NCBI GenBank assembly: GCA_964291505.2
Contig: OZ220216.1
Location: 2,208,420 to 2,240,419, forward strand
DNA from: an uncultured Kistimonas sp.
GTDB taxonomy: Bacteria > Pseudomonadota > Gammaproteobacteria > Pseudomonadales > Endozoicomonadaceae
Direction of reading: 5' to 3'
Length of the DNA stretch: 32,000 nucleotides
Below the pieces are notes generated by a model. That model was not told the origin of the DNA, ran no database searches, and saw only the letters and a list, made by a program, of their open reading frames with translations. The position numbers were made by a program, and so were the translations under genes. This document shows, in pieces, positions 10,168 to 19,494 of this stretch (position 1 is its first letter; each line of letters begins with the position of its first letter).

Positions 10168-10437
10168 ATGACGACGATGAAGGAATACAAGGCCCATCGG
10201 AAAGCCCTCAAAAAACAGATTGAGGAAACCCGGGCACTGCTTGAGCGTCTCGAGGCGGAGCTGGAAGAAGACCGGCACGAGATGCAGCATGAAGAGGTGG
10301 ACCATCTTGAGGAATACATCGAGAAGGCTCAACCCCATGTTCGCGATTTTCGCACCCTGACCCAGACAGCGATGGAAGATCTCGGCAAGTCTGTCCACCG
10401 CCTGGTCGATGCGATCCGAGGCCAGAAAAAAGACTAA
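10168..10437 (+). CDS. Small charged coiled-coil protein, unknown function
   Basis: 89 aa with E/K/R-rich heptad-like sequence (KKQIEETRALLERLEAELEEDRHEMQHEE). It starts 12 nt after the transporter gene and is followed directly by a strong terminator. Confidence 0.55.
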   Translation: MTTMKEYKAHRKALKKQIEETRALLERLEAELEEDRHEMQHEEVDHLEEYIEKAQPHVRDFRTLTQTAMEDLGKSVHRLVDAIRGQKKD

Positions 10438-10467
10438 AAAAAAATGCCCCTTTCGGGGCATTTTTTA
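10436..10467. terminator. Bidirectional rho-independent terminator
   Basis: An A-run precedes ATGCCCC-TTTC-GGGGCAT, and TTTTTTAT follows. It sits between convergent genes ending at 10437 (+) and 10487 (-). Confidence 0.85.
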
Positions 10468-10486
10468 TAGCATCTACGCAATGTAT

Positions 10487-11032
10487 TCAGCGCACAATTT
10501 CATGGAAACGGCACAGGATGGTGTCGGCAATATCCAGCCGCTGAAACGCTGAAAGATTACTCATTCGCTCAAGATCAAGCCAGTGCAGGTGCAGGTAAGG
10601 GGAACGGGCCTTAAACTCTCGCAGATCACCTTTCTTTATGAGCGGAAGAAAGCTGTCCTTTTTACTGAGCACTCGATCAAAAGCCTCACTCAAAGGCATC
10701 GTTACCCATTTTTTATCCCCCTTGACAGGCATGCGCACAAAGAAGCCTTCTTTACCCAGAAGCTCTCCGGGAAACAGCATGATATTGGAAGGCCTTACGG
10801 CATCTGCCCTGACACCATCGAACGTTTCATGCCACGCCTGTTCATCCGGCAGGATCTGTATTTCATTTTCACCACATTCATCGGTGTAATGCAGGCGGTA
10901 ATTACTGTATAGCTGACAGACACTTTCTGAATAAACACAGAATACATCGCGAAACTGCTGCATGTAATTGTAAGCTTTCTGCTGATGAATAATGTGTTTC
11001 AGATCCCAGTGCAAATCTGTATTCGTTTCCAT
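10487..11032 (-). CDS. Hypothetical protein, uncharacterised family (paralogue A of the 23518-24117 gene)
   Basis: 181 aa, ATG start. It shares collinear blocks with the 199-aa protein: DLHWDL/DLDWDL, FCVYSESVCQLYSNYRL/FCLYSRADQRLYTQYRF, FPGELLGKEGFFVRMP/FPGECVGASGLYLKIP, FLPLIKKGDLREF/FLPVLVREELDDF. Confidence 0.65.
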   Translation of the reverse strand: METNTDLHWDLKHIIHQQKAYNYMQQFRDVFCVYSESVCQLYSNYRLHYTDECGENEIQILPDEQAWHETFDGVRADAVRPSNIMLFPGELLGKEGFFVRMPVKGDKKWVTMPLSEAFDRVLSKKDSFLPLIKKGDLREFKARSPYLHLHWLDLERMSNLSAFQRLDIADTILCRFHEIVR

Positions 11033-11251
11033 AATCCCCCCGTCAAAGCCAGCACCATCTTAACTGAGTGCTTAGCTTCCAGATCATGCAACCCATCATG
11101 CCAGAGATAATATCAAACAGCACGCCCGCAGACTGTGAGGAACATCAAGTTTATCTCGAACCTGCAGAACAACGTGACAAGATTCAATGAACTTTGCTCA
11201 TCAACCTGAGTCTAAAGCGTTATGAATAACCAATAAAAGCCATATAAATCA

Positions 11252-12843
11252 ATGATTAATACCCAGAGCGGCAATACACCTGCCAGTTATGATGCCGTTA
11301 GAACACAACCAACAGCTCAACAGGAACAACGACCTGCAACGGCAAAATGCAGCGTCTTTGCCTTTCTGATTGTTATCATCCTTGCATTCAAATACCTATT
11401 TGGCTTGCGTAATCGAGCCCAACCCAATACGACATTACACGAGCGAGAGATCAAAAAAGTAGTTGTCATTGGCGCAGGACCGATTGGAATATCGACAGCC
11501 ATTCAAATTCAGAAGAAATACCCAGCCACCGAAATAGTCGTACTGGAAAAATATGATGAATATGCAGAAACCATACATTACAAATAGATCCTCACTGCTT
11601 TAACGCCTGTCAGCTGAATAGCCAAGATGACACAGCCGCCCAGTTAAGAGCCCTTCAGACCAAACTCGAACGCCGCCACTACCGAATCCCCTGCAACGAA
11701 CTTGAGCAGGATCTGGAAGAAATAGCAAGAACAGCAGGCATCACTATACGCAAGGGTGAACAGGCCGCAGTTGCAGGGATAGCGCATGATCATGTCCTGC
11801 TAGGCAATGGAAACACTTCCTCAAACGAATACCAGCAAGAGGCGTATGACATACTGATTGGTGCCGATGGTGCACACTCAAAAACCCGCAAAGCGATCAT
11901 CGAAATGAATAACCGTGCCGAACAAGGCACAGAAAACCAAGATGCGCCTGTGATGTTCAGCGAATTGAGCTCTGACGATACCAACACAGAATTTGAGGGC
12001 GGCCAGCACATTATCAATCACCGGGTTCGGGTGAAATACCGCATACAAGACAATACAGGCCCAATGCATTCAAACTTCAGCCGTTACGCCAGACTGGTTT
12101 ACCCCACCACCAAATTGCTCGGCTCAATCGTCCACGAACATATCAGCGAAGACGAATCTGGAAACTACTGGGTAACTGCAGACTTTTTTATCAACGAAAC
12201 CGAATACGCCGCACTCAGGCGCGGCAGCACCCCTCACAACATGAAAAATCCGGCCACGCTTGACAGCGAACACTTACCTGCATCATTACGCCAAAAAATA
12301 GAAACCTGGCAGGCTGTGAAACACGCATACTGCGGAGAGGTCAAAGTTCTCGGTAGCGAAAAAATTTCACCGTATTTCATTGGATCATTCCATGCAGAAA
12401 AGCCCTGCCATATTACCCAGGAAGGAAAACTCATGCTGCTCACTGGCGACGCCCTGACAGGACTGGCCTTCATGCGCGCATCAAACAATGGCTTCCATAA
12501 CAGCACCTATATCGGTGATCTGGTAGCCACCCTTGACACCAGTAGCCTGGAGGAAATCGGTGAGCGCTTCAGGCTTTATACCCGATTACGGTACAAGAAA
12601 GAACGCGTCATGGCAGCTATCAAAACAGCCATCCTCGACTTCATTCTTTGGTTTCTTCAAATCAGCAACCAAGTCCCCTGGCAAACCAATCGGTTCCGGC
12701 CAGAGGAAATCAACAACATGATCGCGCAAATGAACGACGACCTGCACCAACAATTACAAGTCAACGTCCCCCTCAGTGGGAGCGGCGAACTCGGACTATC
12801 AACTGACACCATTTCGCCACCGCTGATTGAAGTGACTGCCTGA
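11252..12843 (+). pseudogene. Membrane-anchored FAD-dependent (class A flavoprotein) monooxygenase-like gene, disrupted by a -1 frameshift near 11560-11585
   Basis: ORF 11252-11587 encodes a TM helix (CSVFAFLIVIILAFKYLF) and a Rossmann motif, KKVVVIGAGPIGISTAIQI..EIVVLEK, then stops. A second frame is open from 11560 and reads ..NHTLQIDPHCF..YDILIGADGAHSKTRKAI.. It runs into ORF 11905-12843, which contains LLTGDALTGLAFMRASNNG. Adding one A to the run at 11568-11570 would restore a single ORF of about 530 aa. Confidence 0.65.
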
Positions 12844-12869
12844 GAAACCATCCGACACAGGGAAAAGCT

Positions 12870-12897
12870 TTCAACCACTGACTGAATTTCAGATAAT
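12870..12897 (+). promoter_or_regulatory. Candidate sigma70 promoter of the mukFEB-jetD-like operon
   Basis: TTCAAC (12870-12875), a 16-nt spacer and GATAAT (12892-12897), about 30 nt upstream of the TTG start at 12928. The -35 is weak. Confidence 0.25.
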
Positions 12898-12927
12898 AAT
12901 CGTTTTGCCCAATGACCGGAGACGCCG

Positions 12928-14289
12928 TTGGCTGAGACAAAGGACATTCCCCATCTGGTCAGTGAAATCATCACTGCCAGACTGCAGCTGCAATTACAAC
13001 CCGCCGACCTGGCCTTCCTGGCCGCCCTGCACTTCTGGAAAGATCAGGAATCCCAGCCGGAGTTCGGGGAAGATGAGCTACACGTGGTATACGAAGTCAT
13101 TGATCGCACCCAGCTCGACAGCAGTGAAGAGACCCGCCGCCAACGCTGCAACCATGTTATCCGCCGTTTTCTGGAACAGCACCTGCTGCTCTGCCTGGAA
13201 GGGAGCGGTCAGCGAGCCCATGCCTATCTCCTGACCCCCATGGCTGAACAGATCGTTGAGTCGGTCTGCAGTGGTTTTGACGCTTCACGCACCGCACTGA
13301 GCACCCTGTTCATGACAGTGAACAGCCACTTGCGCGAAATCCGCGATGCCGCCGAGACAGGTGGCAACGAGCCGTTCTGGCGGCTCCAGGTGGAAGCACC
13401 ACTGGAAATCACGGTTCGACAACTGGTAACCACCATCGACCACCGTCAGCGCCAGCTCGACCGGGAAGCCGTCGATACCCGGAAAACCGTGGTCGCCATG
13501 CTGAAACAGGACTGGCAGGATGCCATCAGCCGGTGTGAAACCTTACTGGAAGACACCCAAGAACGCCTGCAAGACCTGCAGCAACTCTTACTGGCCAACT
13601 GTCAGGAAGCACGACGCCTGCTGGAAAGCATTGCAATTACCGCGGAGTCGGCCGGCCGAAACCGCGCACTGGACGCCATCACCCGCCTTGAACAACACCT
13701 GGATCGTATCGAGCACTGGAGCGGTGAACGCCTGGAACACTGGGAAGGTTTCCACCTGCGCGCGCACCAGTACCTGCGTCAGTTTATCAATATGGATGAG
13801 CGTAAGGCGCTGAGCGAACGACTACTCGATGCACTCAAACGCTACAGGGAATTGCCCTGGTCACTGAATACGATCGCGGCAGAGCCCCTGCCTCGCCTGC
13901 GCGAGATCGAGCCGCCACCGGAACAGAAGGTCACCGCCCGCCTTATTTTCGACGAAGAAAACGTGGTAGACAGTGACGATCAGGATGCCCTTCGCCAAGA
14001 GATTAGTCTCTGGCTGGATACCGTCACTGCCAGCCGCGGCGCATTGCCGTCTTACGAGGAAGCCATGGCGGAACTGGCTGGCCGCTATCCGCTGCATCGC
14101 CTGTTCAGTATTGCTGGCTGGCTGTTTGAGGCCATGACCGAACGGGGCAGCGCCCGTCACCAGAAACAGGTACCCGAGCCCCGTTGGCACCCCATCGTGG
14201 ATGACCTGGAAGTGGAATCCCTCAGCCTGACCCTGCGCCAACCTGCCCACACCACCGCAACCGAGGAAGCTACTGTTGTCGGCGAATAA
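12928..14289 (+). CDS. mukF: MukF-like kleisin (JetA/MksF role)
   Basis: 453 aa. It is collinear with my recollection of E. coli MukF: IPHLVSEIITARLQLQLQPADLAFLAAL vs [28 protein letters not shown], and AAETGGNEPFWRLQVEAPL..MLKQDWQDAISRCETLLEDT vs [39 protein letters not shown]. The TTG start is preceded by GGAG at 12918-12921. Confidence 0.88.
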   Translation: MAETKDIPHLVSEIITARLQLQLQPADLAFLAALHFWKDQESQPEFGEDELHVVYEVIDRTQLDSSEETRRQRCNHVIRRFLEQHLLLCLEGSGQRAHAYLLTPMAEQIVESVCSGFDASRTALSTLFMTVNSHLREIRDAAETGGNEPFWRLQVEAPLEITVRQLVTTIDHRQRQLDREAVDTRKTVVAMLKQDWQDAISRCETLLEDTQERLQDLQQLLLANCQEARRLLESIAITAESAGRNRALDAITRLEQHLDRIEHWSGERLEHWEGFHLRAHQYLRQFINMDERKALSERLLDALKRYRELPWSLNTIAAEPLPRLREIEPPPEQKVTARLIFDEENVVDSDDQDALRQEISLWLDTVTASRGALPSYEEAMAELAGRYPLHRLFSIAGWLFEAMTERGSARHQKQVPEPRWHPIVDDLEVESLSLTLRQPAHTTATEEATVVGE

Positions 14290-15052
14290 CCTGTTTGAAG
14301 ACGCGGCGCCGATCGCCGCTGACAGCCCCTACACCTGCCTGGCAGACCTCATCAACGATGACCGTTTCCCGGAACTGGACAGCCGCCTACGCCAGGGTGA
14401 ACACATTGATATCCGCCACACGCACCTGTTCGCCATGCTACGCGACGGGGAAATCTGGCTGAGTGAACACTATCGTCGCTACGGTGTTGAACTGATCCAG
14501 GCACCGGAGGATTACTGGTACCTGAAACCCAACCTGGGCAGCCGAAACCTGATCCGCTCGCGCAAACTGGACGAACTGCAAATGGTAACCGGGCAGGTAC
14601 TGGCCATCTGCCATCTGGACCCGGAACAATTGGAAGACAGTGGCTGGATTACCACTGACGCCTTATTGGACCGGCTGCGCCTGCTACTGGAAGAAGAGCA
14701 CCTCTGCCGCCTGCTAGAACGGAAAAAAATCAACACCCAGCATGACCAGCAGAAAGCCATGGACGTTCTTAAACGCTGCCTGAGGCAGTTAGCACGACTG
14801 GGCATGATCCGGCTGGACGGCCAGCAGGCAGAGCGATTCCAGACCCAGTCGCCCCTGATGCGCTTTGCCGACCCGGTTCGTTCCGCGCCTCTCACTCGGG
14901 AAGCTCTGGAAAGGCTGGTTTCAACCGGATTTATCAGCCTGGAAGCCGACAGTGAAGTGGCCGATGACGACGCATCTGCCGCTACAGAACAGACCGAGAC
15001 CAAGACAACTGAGTCCGCCGAAGAGAGTTCGACCCAGGAGAACAACCCGTGA
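14276..15052 (+). CDS. mukE: MukE-like subunit (JetB/MksE role)
   Basis: 258 aa. FPELDSRLRQGEHI, YRRYGVELIQAPEDYWYLKP and LRQLARLGMI parallel E. coli MukE [34 protein letters not shown] and LNRLRRLGMV. The C-terminal tail is acidic. The TTG start overlaps the mukF-like 3' end by 14 nt. Confidence 0.88.
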   Translation: MSANNLFEDAAPIAADSPYTCLADLINDDRFPELDSRLRQGEHIDIRHTHLFAMLRDGEIWLSEHYRRYGVELIQAPEDYWYLKPNLGSRNLIRSRKLDELQMVTGQVLAICHLDPEQLEDSGWITTDALLDRLRLLLEEEHLCRLLERKKINTQHDQQKAMDVLKRCLRQLARLGMIRLDGQQAERFQTQSPLMRFADPVRSAPLTREALERLVSTGFISLEADSEVADDDASAATEQTETKTTESAEESSTQENNP

Positions 15053-18000
15053 ATCTATCACCAAGGACCCGCATCCGCAGCCTGTCACTGGTCAATTTCC
15101 GGGGCATTTTCTTCAAGACGCTCAACCTGCACCACCTGATGAGCAACCTGATCGGCCATAATGGCGCAGGTAAAACCACCATCATGGGCGCACTGTTGAT
15201 CAACCGGGTACCGGACAACCGCCTGGTACGTCTGCGCAACAACTCTGACAGCGCATCGGACCGCAGCGACAATGGCATCTATGGCCGGATCGATGCTGGC
15301 ACCTGCTACAGCTTAGTGGATTACGACCTTTACGATGGCCGCCGTGTGATTGCCGGGGTACAGCTGCGCCGCCTGGCGGCTCCCCGCGTCGAACTCAAGC
15401 GCTTTGCCATTACCGGCATTGATCCGGACATTTCGGTGCGCGACCTGGTCATGGAAGCGGTCGACAACAACCTCTTTGAACCATTAGACGGTAAGGCGCT
15501 GAGAAACCGCATTGCCCGGCTTGGCGGCACCGTGGAAACCTTTGACAACGTCGCTCACTACATGCGCTGGCAGTTTGACTGCCGGATCATCCCCCGGGCC
15601 ATGGAAAACAACGGCGACCGCCAGCGTTACTATCGAATGCTGGAAACCAGCCTGTACGGCGGTCTCTCTGCCGAGCTGCAGAAAGGTCTGCGTGATTACC
15701 TGTTGCCCGCTGACGACCAGGTGAAACGTTCGGTCAGCTCCATGCAAAATGCGTTAATGGAAACGCGCAAGACCCGTGTCAAGATTGAAGCAACCCGGGA
15801 AAAGCGCCAGTTTATCCAGCGCATTCTCAACAGCAGTTATTCACTGGGCGAACAGGTATTGGCCCTGTCATCCCAGGAGCATCGCAAACAGAATGACCGG
15901 CTGAATGCGGCCCGATCCACAGAATCCCGCCTGGAACAGGATCGGGAAAGCGCCCGTCAGCAGGCCCAGGGATTGCAGGATCAGCTTGACCGGATGGATG
16001 ATGAGCGGGATCAGCTGGAGCAAGACCTGCAGGCTGCCACACACACGCTCAGCCAGGCAAAGGACCTGACCCGCTTGCATCAGGAACAGGCGCAACTGGA
16101 GAATGAGTTGGCCAATATCCGTTCGCGTTTGGCCGAAAAACAGCGGGAACACAGCCTCTTTGAAGCCCAGCGACAGGAGCAGGTCGCCGAGCAATCCCTG
16201 CTGGAGGAAGACCTGGAGAGCCTGGTCAGCCAGCTGGCCAGTGCCGAGGATGCCTACTCGGAAGAAGCCCGCAAGGCCGGTCTCTACCAGGATACTGTGC
16301 GCAGCCTGGATGAATCCCGTGCAGCCAGCGGTGAAGATTCACTGTCTGCCGAGTCGCTCCCTCCCCTGCTCGCGCAATTGAAACAGCAACGCGACGACGA
16401 ATCAGAGCAACTCCATCAGCGCCGCCCATTACTGGAACAAGCTGAAAAAATCAGGGAACAGTTTGCTGTTGCACTGCCAATCATTCAGCGCCTGGATGAC
16501 AGTGATATCACGCCGGCAGAAGTCGCTGAGCGTACGGCTTTCTGGCTCAGTCACTGGCGCACCCAGAAAGATTTAGCCAGCACCCGGGAACAGCACAAAC
16601 AACAATTAAAGAACCTGGAGAAGAACCGTCAGACACGGGAAAACCTCCTGTCCGCTATCGAACCGCTACCTGACGCATGGCGCACCCCTCTCACCAATGA
16701 GGAAAGCTGGCAGGCCACACGCGAACAGGCCAACGTAGCCCTTCAGGAAAGCCGTGCTCGACTGGAGGCGCAACAGGAGCAGCTCGGACAACTTAACGAC
16801 AGTCACCACACCCTGCGCCTGCAGCTGGATCAGGCTCAGCGCGACCGACAGGCCTGGCTACAGGCCACAGAACTGGTGGAAGAAATCATCCGGCTTCACC
16901 CGGAGGCCAAGCTCGACAGTCGCGACCAACTTCACGCTCTTCGCCAGACACTCAACGACCAGCGGGATCAATACGGCCAGCGTGACAATGTAATCACTCA
17001 CGAGCTGGATGCCGTACGACAACAGCTCCGGGGGCTGGACCAGGATGACTCCGACATACAGAACCAGCTTCACCGTCTGGCCGACCTGACGGGTGGCACA
17101 CTGGTCAGTGAATATCTCGACGGCGATGACATATCACTCGACGAGGCAGCCTACCTGGAAGCCAAGTTCGGCCCACTGCGCCAGGCCCTGCTGGTGGCGG
17201 ACGTTGAACGAGCCGCCACCCTGATCCGGCAGGAAGCCGACCGCCCGGATGATGTCTGGTTGCTTCAGGGCAATCCGGGCGATGCATTCTCAGAAGAAGA
17301 CTACCTGCATTCCCCGGATGATCAGTCAGAAGATGACGATGGCAGTGTATTAGTCCATCTGGCCGACCGAATTTCGCGAGTCAGCCGTGAACCCGAATTC
17401 CCGACCCTGGGTCGACTGGCGCGCGAACAGGCACTTAAACGCCTGACAGAACAGGAACAGGCTCTGCTGGATGAGCGGCAGACCCTGGCCGTCAACCGGC
17501 ATACCATCAGCCGTATTCAAGGGCTTTTGGACCAACTCGCCCCCATGAGCGCCTGGCTGGGTGCAGATGAACCACCCGTATCCACACTGCAGACACAGCT
17601 GGACGAACTTGGTCAGCAACAACAATCACAGCAGCAGGCGATTGCCGCCGAAAAGCATGCGGTATTAAGCCTGCAACAGGTCTGCAACATCCTTGAAATC
17701 TGGCAGGCAAATGCATCACTGTTAACAGAAAATGAACTGGATAGCGCGATTCAGGCGACACAAAATGCCCTGAATGAAAGCCTGATGGCTCAAACCTGGA
17801 TCACAGACAACCAGAGCGATATGCAGTCACTGGAACAACGCCAGTTCTACCTGCAGACCCCACCGCCTGAGGATATCGACGCACTGCGCGATGAACTGGA
17901 CCAGTTACAAGCCTCCATCAGCCATCTCGGACGCGTTATCAGCCTTCTGGCAAGCACAGCAGACAAACTGCCCAACCTCCGTTTTGCTGCTTCGGTCGAA

Positions 18001-19494
18001 CGTAAGGATGCATCAAGCTCACTGCGTGACACACTGCGCCGGGAATACGAGCAGAAATCCGCACAGCACAAAACCGGCAAGAAAACCCTGGAACTGACCA
18101 TTGCCCAGTGTAATGACTTGAACGCCACAATTCGGAGCGATGAATCACGACAACGCGAAAAAGAGGGCCTTCACCTGCTCAAAGGCCAAGAAATTAGAGA
18201 GATCCCCCTGACTTGGCGTGAAGAACTGGTTTCCCACTGCGAAGAACAGTGTGAGCAATTACGCAAACACGTACGGGGACATGAAGACAAACGACGGCAG
18301 TTTATTGATTCCCTCGCAGAAACCCGTTCCACCCTCAAACAGCTGGAGCTTCAGCATCAGGATGCAGTAACGCAAATTGCACGACTGAAGCCTGCAGCAG
18401 AAACTGCCACCACCTGCTGGCAAACGGTCAGCACCACAGCGGAATCCTCAGGGCTCGCCGCACGACTTCACCGTGAAGGATTGCTTGCCACCGATAGCGA
18501 ACAGCTGAAATCAGGGATTGCCGATGCCCGGGCCAGCCTGGTCCAGGCGCTGGCCGTTGAGCCAGATAACCGCTTGCGTCAAGCATTGGAAACCGCGGCA
18601 CTGCACGACCTGACACAGCTCTTTCAATGCGTGGTCGAGACTCAACACTTCCTGGCCGAACGGATGGACCAGACCCTGGTCAACGCCGATGATCCGAGAC
18701 TGGCACTTGAACAACTGGAACATCAACTGACCCGGCTGGAAGCCCGTCTGAAAGACGCCGAGAGCCGTTTCGTAGCCGAGTCGGACCGCCTAGGCCAGCA
18801 TATTGAGCGCAAAATCAACGGGGAACGGAAACAGATTCACCAGCTTAATAGCGCCCTGTCCAGTGTGCACTTTGGCACCATTCGCGCCATCAAGGTGGAG
18901 CTGGAAGTCATAGATAACTTCCGCAAAGTGCTGGAAGCGTTGAAACAACGCTTCTATCCAGACCTGTTCAACCAACCGGATATGAAAATTGAGGATGCCC
19001 TCGCGGAAATCTTCAAAAAAGAAACCGGTGGCAGTATCGTTGGCGAAAAGCTCTTGGATTACAGGGAGTACATCAAACTGCAGGTGCTGGTGCAACGAGC
19101 CAACCATAAACAGTTTGAGCCTGCCAACCCCACCAATCTGTCAACGGGAGAGGCGATTGGCACCGGACTGGCAGTACTGACCATGGTGCTACACTCCTGG
19201 GAGGTGACCACCCAGAACCGTATCGGAAATGGACATGCGGCCAACCGTTTGCTGTTCCTTGATGAGGCGGCTAGGCTGGATGCCAGAGCGCTGGCGACAC
19301 TCGAAGAACTCTGTGCCAACCAATCACTGCAGCTGCTCGTCGGCGCACCGGATAATGTTCTGCCCAAGAACGGTGTGACCTATCGCATGGTTCGACTCAT
19401 GGAGCCTTACGAGCATGTCATCTTCTCCGCCGTGCGCGGCAAGATGCCATCAGCCCCTATGCCGAAAGAAGAAACCGCTGGAGCTGAGGCATGA
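15049..19494 (+). CDS. mukB: MukB-like SMC-family ATPase, full MukB length (JetC/MksB role)
   Basis: 1481 aa. The N-terminal head IRSLSLVNFRGIFFKTLNLHHLMSNLIGHNGAGKTT carries Walker A at 15154-15180. A very long Q/E/L/R coiled coil follows. The C-terminal head LSTGEAIGTGLAVLTMVLHSWE..RLLFLDEAARLDARALATLEELC..LQLLVGAPDNVLPKNGVTYRMVR (signature at 19138-19155, Walker B DE at 19261-19266) is close to my recollection of the E. coli MukB C-terminus. GTGA start/stop overlap with the mukE-like gene. Confidence 0.93.
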   Translation: MNLSPRTRIRSLSLVNFRGIFFKTLNLHHLMSNLIGHNGAGKTTIMGALLINRVPDNRLVRLRNNSDSASDRSDNGIYGRIDAGTCYSLVDYDLYDGRRVIAGVQLRRLAAPRVELKRFAITGIDPDISVRDLVMEAVDNNLFEPLDGKALRNRIARLGGTVETFDNVAHYMRWQFDCRIIPRAMENNGDRQRYYRMLETSLYGGLSAELQKGLRDYLLPADDQVKRSVSSMQNALMETRKTRVKIEATREKRQFIQRILNSSYSLGEQVLALSSQEHRKQNDRLNAARSTESRLEQDRESARQQAQGLQDQLDRMDDERDQLEQDLQAATHTLSQAKDLTRLHQEQAQLENELANIRSRLAEKQREHSLFEAQRQEQVAEQSLLEEDLESLVSQLASAEDAYSEEARKAGLYQDTVRSLDESRAASGEDSLSAESLPPLLAQLKQQRDDESEQLHQRRPLLEQAEKIREQFAVALPIIQRLDDSDITPAEVAERTAFWLSHWRTQKDLASTREQHKQQLKNLEKNRQTRENLLSAIEPLPDAWRTPLTNEESWQATREQANVALQESRARLEAQQEQLGQLNDSHHTLRLQLDQAQRDRQAWLQATELVEEIIRLHPEAKLDSRDQLHALRQTLNDQRDQYGQRDNVITHELDAVRQQLRGLDQDDSDIQNQLHRLADLTGGTLVSEYLDGDDISLDEAAYLEAKFGPLRQALLVADVERAATLIRQEADRPDDVWLLQGNPGDAFSEEDYLHSPDDQSEDDDGSVLVHLADRISRVSREPEFPTLGRLAREQALKRLTEQEQALLDERQTLAVNRHTISRIQGLLDQLAPMSAWLGADEPPVSTLQTQLDELGQQQQSQQQAIAAEKHAVLSLQQVCNILEIWQANASLLTENELDSAIQATQNALNESLMAQTWITDNQSDMQSLEQRQFYLQTPPPEDIDALRDELDQLQASISHLGRVISLLASTADKLPNLRFAASVERKDASSSLRDTLRREYEQKSAQHKTGKKTLELTIAQCNDLNATIRSDESRQREKEGLHLLKGQEIREIPLTWREELVSHCEEQCEQLRKHVRGHEDKRRQFIDSLAETRSTLKQLELQHQDAVTQIARLKPAAETATTCWQTVSTTAESSGLAARLHREGLLATDSEQLKSGIADARASLVQALAVEPDNRLRQALETAALHDLTQLFQCVVETQHFLAERMDQTLVNADDPRLALEQLEHQLTRLEARLKDAESRFVAESDRLGQHIERKINGERKQIHQLNSALSSVHFGTIRAIKVELEVIDNFRKVLEALKQRFYPDLFNQPDMKIEDALAEIFKKETGGSIVGEKLLDYREYIKLQVLVQRANHKQFEPANPTNLSTGEAIGTGLAVLTMVLHSWEVTTQNRIGNGHAANRLLFLDEAARLDARALATLEELCANQSLQLLVGAPDNVLPKNGVTYRMVRLMEPYEHVIFSAVRGKMPSAPMPKEETAGAEA

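Noticed and set aside
14512-15045. 177-aa minus-strand ORF rich in Ser and Arg
   Set aside because: It is antisense to the mukE-like gene and is a shadow ORF.
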